A DNA stretch of 64,000 bases from a virus (taxonomy: Duplodnaviria > Caudoviricetes): positions 1 to 64,000 of IMG/VR virus record IMGVR_UViG_3300028667_000050; one strand, 5' to 3'. Under the pieces are notes generated by a model. It ran no database searches, had not been told where the DNA came from, and was given only the letters and a program-made list of their open reading frames with translations. The translations under genes were made by a program, and so were the position numbers. Positions 58,779 to 64,000 of this stretch are shown one piece after another (the stretch's first letter is position 1; each line of letters starts with the position of its first letter).

Positions 58779-58791
58779 GGAGGATGCTGAG

Positions 58792-58926
58792 ATGGGAAAT
58801 GATATGATGTCGCTTTATACGTTGACCTGCACGACCATAGGGTCAATCATCGTTGGGACAGTTATAGGCGTGGTTATAGCAGGCTCTTTTATGAAGGCCT
58901 GGGACTACCTATATAAGAAAAATTGA
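58792..58926 (+). CDS. Small membrane protein (44 aa)
   Basis: AAGGAGG RBS; TIGSIIVGTVIGVVIAGSF TM segment. Confidence 0.55.
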   Translation: MGNDMMSLYTLTCTTIGSIIVGTVIGVVIAGSFMKAWDYLYKKN

Positions 58927-58991
58927 CAAAATAAAGCAGGCGGCGGAGGAAGCAAGACACCTTCGCCGTTTTAAATTAAGGAGAAAATTGG

Positions 58992-60932
58992 ATGAAAACA
59001 CTTAGTATTGATATTGAAACATATAGCGATGTAAGCCTGGCCAAGAGCGGAGTATATCGCTATGTTGAGTCACCGGTATTTGAGATTCTGCTCTTTGCCT
59101 ATGCTGTTGATGGAGGAGCAGTACAGGTCTTGGATTTGGCTATGGGTGAGACGATTCCAGAAGCTATTCTCAATGCGTTGGACGATAAAAAAGTTGTCAA
59201 ATGGGCCTTCAATGCGACCTTTGAGCGTATATGCTTGTCCCGCTGCTTGGGCTATCCAAGGGGAAACTATCTTGCTGCGGAAGGTTGGCATTGTTCGATG
59301 ATTTGGGCAGCGACCATGGGCTTGCCGCTATCCCTGGAAGGTGTAGGTGTTGTTCTTGGATTGGAGAAGCAAAAGCTTACGGAGGGTAAAGATTTAATCC
59401 GCTATTTTTGCCAGCCCTGTTCTCCGACAAAAGTGAATGGTGGTCGTACAAGGAATCGCCCGCAAGATGACCTGGGGAAATGGGAAGCATTCAAACAATA
59501 TAATTTGCGCGATGTTGAAACAGAAATGGGCATCCAACAGCGATTGGCAAAGTTTCCTGTGGTTGAAGATGTTTGGCAGGAATACATCTTTGACCAGGAA
59601 ATAAACGATCGCGGTGTTCGTCTGGATCAGGAACTGGTGCAGCAGGCGATTCAGATGGATACACGTTCTCGCCAAGAGCTTATGGCGGCGATGCAGGAGC
59701 TTACCGCATTGGAAAATCCAAATTCTGTGCAACAGATGAAGAATTGGCTTGCGACGAATGGATTGGTAACGGATACACTGGGGAAGAAGGCTGTCGCTGA
59801 ACTTTTAAAGACAGCGACAACCGAACTTCAAAAGGTATTACTGCTTCGGCAGCAGTTGGCAAAATCATCGGTGAAAAAATATCAGCGTATGGAGAGTGTC
59901 GTGTGTGACGATGGTCGGGCCCGTGGCATGTTTCAGTTTATGGGAGCCAATCGAACTGGCAGATGGGCCGGACGTATGATTCAGTTGCAGAATTTGCCCC
60001 AGAATCATTTAGAGGATTTGGCTGAAGCGAGGGCCTTGGTTCGAGCTGGTAATTATGAGGCGACGGAAATGCTTTATGGAGATGTGCCAGATATACTTTC
60101 ACAGCTGATTCGTACCGCGTTCATTCCGGCCGAAGGCAAACAGTTTCTGGTAGTTGACTATGCAGCAATAGAAGCCAGGGTAATCGCCTGGTTTGCCGGT
60201 GAAACATGGCGGCAGCAGGTCTTTCAGCAAGGCGGCGATATTTATTGCGCGAGCGCGTCAAAGATGTTCAAGGTTCCAGTAAAAAAGCATGGAATCAATG
60301 GGCACTTACGGCAGAAAGGGAAGATTGCTGAATTGGCGCTCGGTTATGGAGGTTCCGTTGGAGCTTTAAAAGCTATGGGGGCACTGGAGTTGGGGCTTGT
60401 TGAGGAAGAACTATCTGAATTGGTCAGTGCTTGGCGACAGGCAAATCCCCATATCGTGGATTTCTGGTGGGGAATCGATCATGCAGTTTTTAAGGCTGTT
60501 CGTGGCAAAACGACGGTCACGAGCTACGGGATGACGATATCTTGCAAGAGTGGGATGCTATTTATCACTTTGCCTTCAGGACGAAAGCTGGCTTATGTGA
60601 AGCCGCACCTCGGGACCAATAAATTTGGTGGTAATTGCATCACCTATGAAGGTGTTGGTCCAACAAAAAAATGGGAGCGGCTGGATTCCTATGGGCCAAA
60701 GTTTGTCGAAAATATTGTGCAGGCGACCTCGCGTGATCTTTTGTGCTTCGCCATGAAAAATCTGCGGAGTAGCTTAATCTGCATGCATATTCATGATGAA
60801 TTGGTTATCGAGGTAGAGCCGGAGCCTTCTTTGGCAGTTGTATGTGAAGAAATGGGGCGAACACCGCCCTGGGCAAAAGGATTGTTACTGCGGGCTGACG
60901 GGTATGTTACAAAATTTTATAAAAAAGATTGA
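58992..60932 (+). CDS. Phage family-A DNA polymerase
   Basis: SIDIETYS, DYAAIEARVIAW, KIAELALGYGG, HIHDE. Confidence 0.95.
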   Translation: MKTLSIDIETYSDVSLAKSGVYRYVESPVFEILLFAYAVDGGAVQVLDLAMGETIPEAILNALDDKKVVKWAFNATFERICLSRCLGYPRGNYLAAEGWHCSMIWAATMGLPLSLEGVGVVLGLEKQKLTEGKDLIRYFCQPCSPTKVNGGRTRNRPQDDLGKWEAFKQYNLRDVETEMGIQQRLAKFPVVEDVWQEYIFDQEINDRGVRLDQELVQQAIQMDTRSRQELMAAMQELTALENPNSVQQMKNWLATNGLVTDTLGKKAVAELLKTATTELQKVLLLRQQLAKSSVKKYQRMESVVCDDGRARGMFQFMGANRTGRWAGRMIQLQNLPQNHLEDLAEARALVRAGNYEATEMLYGDVPDILSQLIRTAFIPAEGKQFLVVDYAAIEARVIAWFAGETWRQQVFQQGGDIYCASASKMFKVPVKKHGINGHLRQKGKIAELALGYGGSVGALKAMGALELGLVEEELSELVSAWRQANPHIVDFWWGIDHAVFKAVRGKTTVTSYGMTISCKSGMLFITLPSGRKLAYVKPHLGTNKFGGNCITYEGVGPTKKWERLDSYGPKFVENIVQATSRDLLCFAMKNLRSSLICMHIHDELVIEVEPEPSLAVVCEEMGRTPPWAKGLLLRADGYVTKFYKKD

Positions 60933-60940
60933 ATTTATTT

Positions 60941-60974
60941 CGTCAAAACCAGGTGGTCACCTCCATTGGATAGT
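60941..60974 (+). promoter_or_regulatory. Copy of the CGTCAAAA-N11-CCTCC motif
   Basis: cgtcaaaa-ccaggtggtca-cctcc-attggatagt, same slot as 6819. Confidence 0.75.
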
Positions 60975-61062
60975 AGAGAGGTGAACCAAGCTTTCTGCAG
61001 ACGTCCATCTCTAAATAAAACAGAGGTGGACGTTTTGTCTGCCTGAAAAGAGGTAGATTCAC

Positions 61063-61746
61063 ATGAAGTTTGTGATCCCAAGAGACGAATATGGTATCTT
61101 TGCTGATGCTGATGACGTCGCACGTGTAGACAGTTTGTTTGTAGCTAAGTTCTTTGAGAAGGAACATAAGCATGTTATGCGAGATATTCGCGAGCTTGAT
61201 TGTTCGGCCGGATTTCGACAGTCCAATTTTGGACCGTCCTCCTATAAGAACGGACAAGGTAAGAAACAGCCATGTGTTTATATAACGCGAGATGGTTTCA
61301 TGTTCTTGGTCATGGGCTATACCGGAAAAAAAGCAGCGCATTTTAAGGAACTTTATATTAAACGCTTTAATGCGATGGAAAGCTTTATTAAGACTTTGGT
61401 AAATGCCAGACAGCAATTTCCTAAGCTTACGGCTCAGATCAAGATGCTGCATGAAAATCCCAGACCGTATCATTTCTCGAATGAGTGTGATTTGCTGAAT
61501 CGACTGGTGCTTGGGGTATCTGCAAAGCAGTTTCGTTTGGCGCATCACGTTGAAAAGGGAAAATCAATTCGGCCCTATTTGACGGATTGGCAGATTGAAC
61601 AACTGGATCACCTGCAGACGATAGATATTGGTCTCCTGGTGGCAGTAGCGGACTTTGACCAACGTAAACGGCTGCTGGAATGGAGCCTGACAAAGCTTCG
61701 CGAGCAGGTTAAAGGAGGCGGCAACGCATGTGTAACGACAGAGTAA
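61063..61746 (+). CDS. Rha-family phage regulatory protein
   Basis: DSLFVAKFFEKEHKHVMRDI...NFGPSSY...ITRDGFMFLVMGYTGKKAAHFKELYIKRFNAME. Confidence 0.88.
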   Translation: MKFVIPRDEYGIFADADDVARVDSLFVAKFFEKEHKHVMRDIRELDCSAGFRQSNFGPSSYKNGQGKKQPCVYITRDGFMFLVMGYTGKKAAHFKELYIKRFNAMESFIKTLVNARQQFPKLTAQIKMLHENPRPYHFSNECDLLNRLVLGVSAKQFRLAHHVEKGKSIRPYLTDWQIEQLDHLQTIDIGLLVAVADFDQRKRLLEWSLTKLREQVKGGGNACVTTE

Positions 61747-62147
61747 ATGCAGAAGGGTATCCAGATCCTACGTGTTATGCGGCACTTAGCAAGGTGATGC
61801 GAGAGGCAAAGCTCGCTTTCCGTCCGCTAGTATATATTTGTAGCCCCTACCGAGGGGATGAAGTGAACAATGCAATGAAGGCACAGTATTATTGCCGTTT
61901 TGCTGTTGAGGAAGGGCGCCTGCCCATTGCGCCACATATCTATTTCCCGCAGTTTCTGAGTGATGAAAAGGCTGATGAACGAGAATTGGCGCTGTTCATG
62001 AATTTTACCTTGCTCGGAAAATGCCATGAGCTGTGGTGTTTTGGTAATGCAATTAGCGAAGGTATGCAACAGGAGCTAGATCGGGCGAAAAAATATGGAA
62101 AGGCCATCCGGTATTTTACGGATGACCTGGAGGAGGTAGAGCGATGA
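61728..62147 (+). CDS. DUF4406-like protein
   Basis: VYICSPYRG...APHIYFPQFL...CHELWCFG..ISEGM. Confidence 0.75.
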   Translation: MCNDRVNAEGYPDPTCYAALSKVMREAKLAFRPLVYICSPYRGDEVNNAMKAQYYCRFAVEEGRLPIAPHIYFPQFLSDEKADERELALFMNFTLLGKCHELWCFGNAISEGMQQELDRAKKYGKAIRYFTDDLEEVER

Positions 62148-64000
62148 AGTTTACTCTTTACCGAGCAAATTGTCGGGGCGAGGAGCGGAATTCTCTCTAT
62201 CCGATCCAAGAAGAAATCACAGATGCGAAGTCCATGGCTTATGCGGTTCGGTACGACCATGTGATGGCAGGCTATCAGGGAAATCATCGTAGTAGTGCGA
62301 ACTTTGAGGCAGCGGACTGCATCCCGGAGGATTGTGATAACGAGCATTCGGATAATCCGGAGGATTGGATAACCGCAGATACATTGGCAGAGCAGTTTCC
62401 AGAGGTAGCTTATGTTTTAGTCTATAGCCGCAATCATAACAAGCCGAAAGGCGAACAAACAGCGCGACCACGATTCCACGTGTATTTTCCAACAGAAGCA
62501 ATCGAGCTTGTGGATACCTATGTGAAGCAGAAGAAACGGCTTCTGAGCTACTTTCCGTACTTTGATAAAAACGCTCAAGATGCAGCGCGTTTCCTTTATG
62601 GAACGGAAGACCCGCAGGTGGTGTGGCATGAGGGCAGCAAAAGCATCCTTGAGTTTTTGGATGAACAGAAGTTTATGTTCTGGGAGGCTACGTTGGATAA
62701 GATTCCAGAAGGACAGCGTAATGCCACGCTGTCAAAGTTTGCCGGGCGGATTATTAAACGCTATGGCGATACGGACAAGGCTGCGGAGTTTTTCTTTCAA
62801 CGGGCGGCAAAATGTGAGCCGCCACTCACGATGGAAGAATTGGAGTGCATATGGAAGAGTGCCCAGGGCTTTTATCAAAAGGTTGCAGCGGACCCGAATT
62901 ACGTAGAACCGGAAGAATATGCGAGTGGCTTCCAACTTATGCCGGCGGATAACTCCGATGTGGGGCAGGCCGTTGTGCTGGCTAGGGAATATGGCTGGTG
63001 TTTGCGGTATTCACCATCCACAGATTTTGTCGTTTATAACGGCAGCTATTGGGAAGAAAGTAAACCGAAGGCGCAGGGCTTTTCGCAACAGTTGACGGAT
63101 CGGCAGCTTGCCGAGGCCGAGGCAAAAATGAAATGCGTGAAGGCCCTGCTAGATGAACAGGATAGTGGCGACGTGGTAAAGATTAGTCTGAGCCGCAGGT
63201 CAAAAACAGAGCTGGAGCGCTTGGCAGAGCTTTCGAGCGAGCAAATGGAGCTCTATTTGCGCTATAAATATGCGGAGAGCTATAAACTCTATGCGATTAA
63301 GCGGCGGGAGTCTAAGTATATCGGTAATGCGATGAAGGAGACGCGGCCGATGCTGGAAATCAGTCAACGGGAACTGGATGACAACGAATATCTGCTCAAT
63401 ACACCGTCTTTGACCTATGACCTGCGAAAAGGACTGGACGGCAGCCAGGGGCATAATCCAGGGGATTTCATTACCAAGCAAACCCTGGTGGATCCGGATA
63501 TTGTTCGTAAGGAGCTATGGGATCGGGCATTGGATACCTTTTTTCTGGACGATGAGGCGCTTATCGAATATGTGCAGCGAATCGTTGGACTAGCCGCGAT
63601 TGGCAAGGTGTTCATCGAAGCCCTCATCATTGCCTACGGTGAAGGTCGTAATGGTAAATTCCACCTTTTGGAATGTATTGGCAAGAGTGCTTGGCAGCTA
63701 CAGTGGGACCATGTCAGCAGAAACCTTGACAATTGGTTGTCGGCGGAATGTTCGACCGGAGCTTGCCGAGGCCAAAGGAAAACGCTTGCTGATTGCCGCT
63801 GAACTTGAAGAAGGCATGCGCTTGAGCACTGCCAATGTAAAGCAGCTTTGTTCTACTGATGAAATTGCTGCCGAGAAGAAATACAAGGACCCCTTCAGCT
63901 ATACACCAAGCCATACGTTGGTGCTTTACACTAACCATCTGCCGCGTGTGGGCGCCATGGATCAGGGAACGTGGCGCCGGCTTATTGTGATTCCGTTTGA
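62144..64000 (+). CDS. P4-family primase/helicase (frameshifts near 63660-63700; truncated by the window edge)
   Basis: DCDNEH, EGQRNATL, GEGRNGK, EEGMRLST...KQLCSTD. Confidence 0.9.

Larger units (their letters stand above)
52540..64000. mobile_element. Prophage-like element 2 (same family as element 1), continuing beyond the right edge
   Basis: Recombinase cassette plus replication module syntenic and homologous to 1-10237. Confidence 0.85.

Noticed and set aside
1-64000. tRNA, rRNA, tmRNA or known riboswitch
   Set aside because: No cloverleaf or recognisable consensus found by eye; an Infernal/Rfam scan would be needed to exclude them fully

Overview
The window holds two related temperate-phage-like elements in near-tandem. 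The host is a Firmicute, probably a diderm Negativicute, inferred from a spanin-like overlapping gene pair. Element 1 (<1 to about 51,030) runs as follows: leftward serine-recombinase cassette; replication module (DUF2800 nuclease, DUF2815 SSB, PolA, antirepressor, P4-type primase, VRR-NUC, SNF2); HNH/cos/terminase/methylase; HK97 head; siphovirus tail with a GTA-like tail tip; holin, amidase and spanin-like genes; a leftward sigma-like regulator; and a rightward defence island (two unknown proteins, RloC-like ABC ATPase, Xre, Type III R-M). It ends at a cluster of rlmD(rumA)-like attachment scars. A membrane GGDEF gene follows. Element 2 (about 52,540 to >64,000) then repeats the same recombinase and replication layout. 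Many genes at 20-37 kb are broken by 1-4 bp indels, so assembly error versus decay is unresolved. The strongest novel candidates are: (1) a PBECR3-like nuclease whose stop codon overlaps a near-consensus promoter driving a compact structured RNA, a possible toxin/RNA-antitoxin unit inside the tail operon; (2) a 17-aa N/Q/G beta-motif shared by the C-terminus of one defence protein and the N-terminus of the next, the layout of amyloid signalling pairs; (3) three further structured non-coding inserts in the tail module; (4) an almost fully overlapping dual-coded spanin-like pair. No tRNA, rRNA, CRISPR array or reverse transcriptase was seen.
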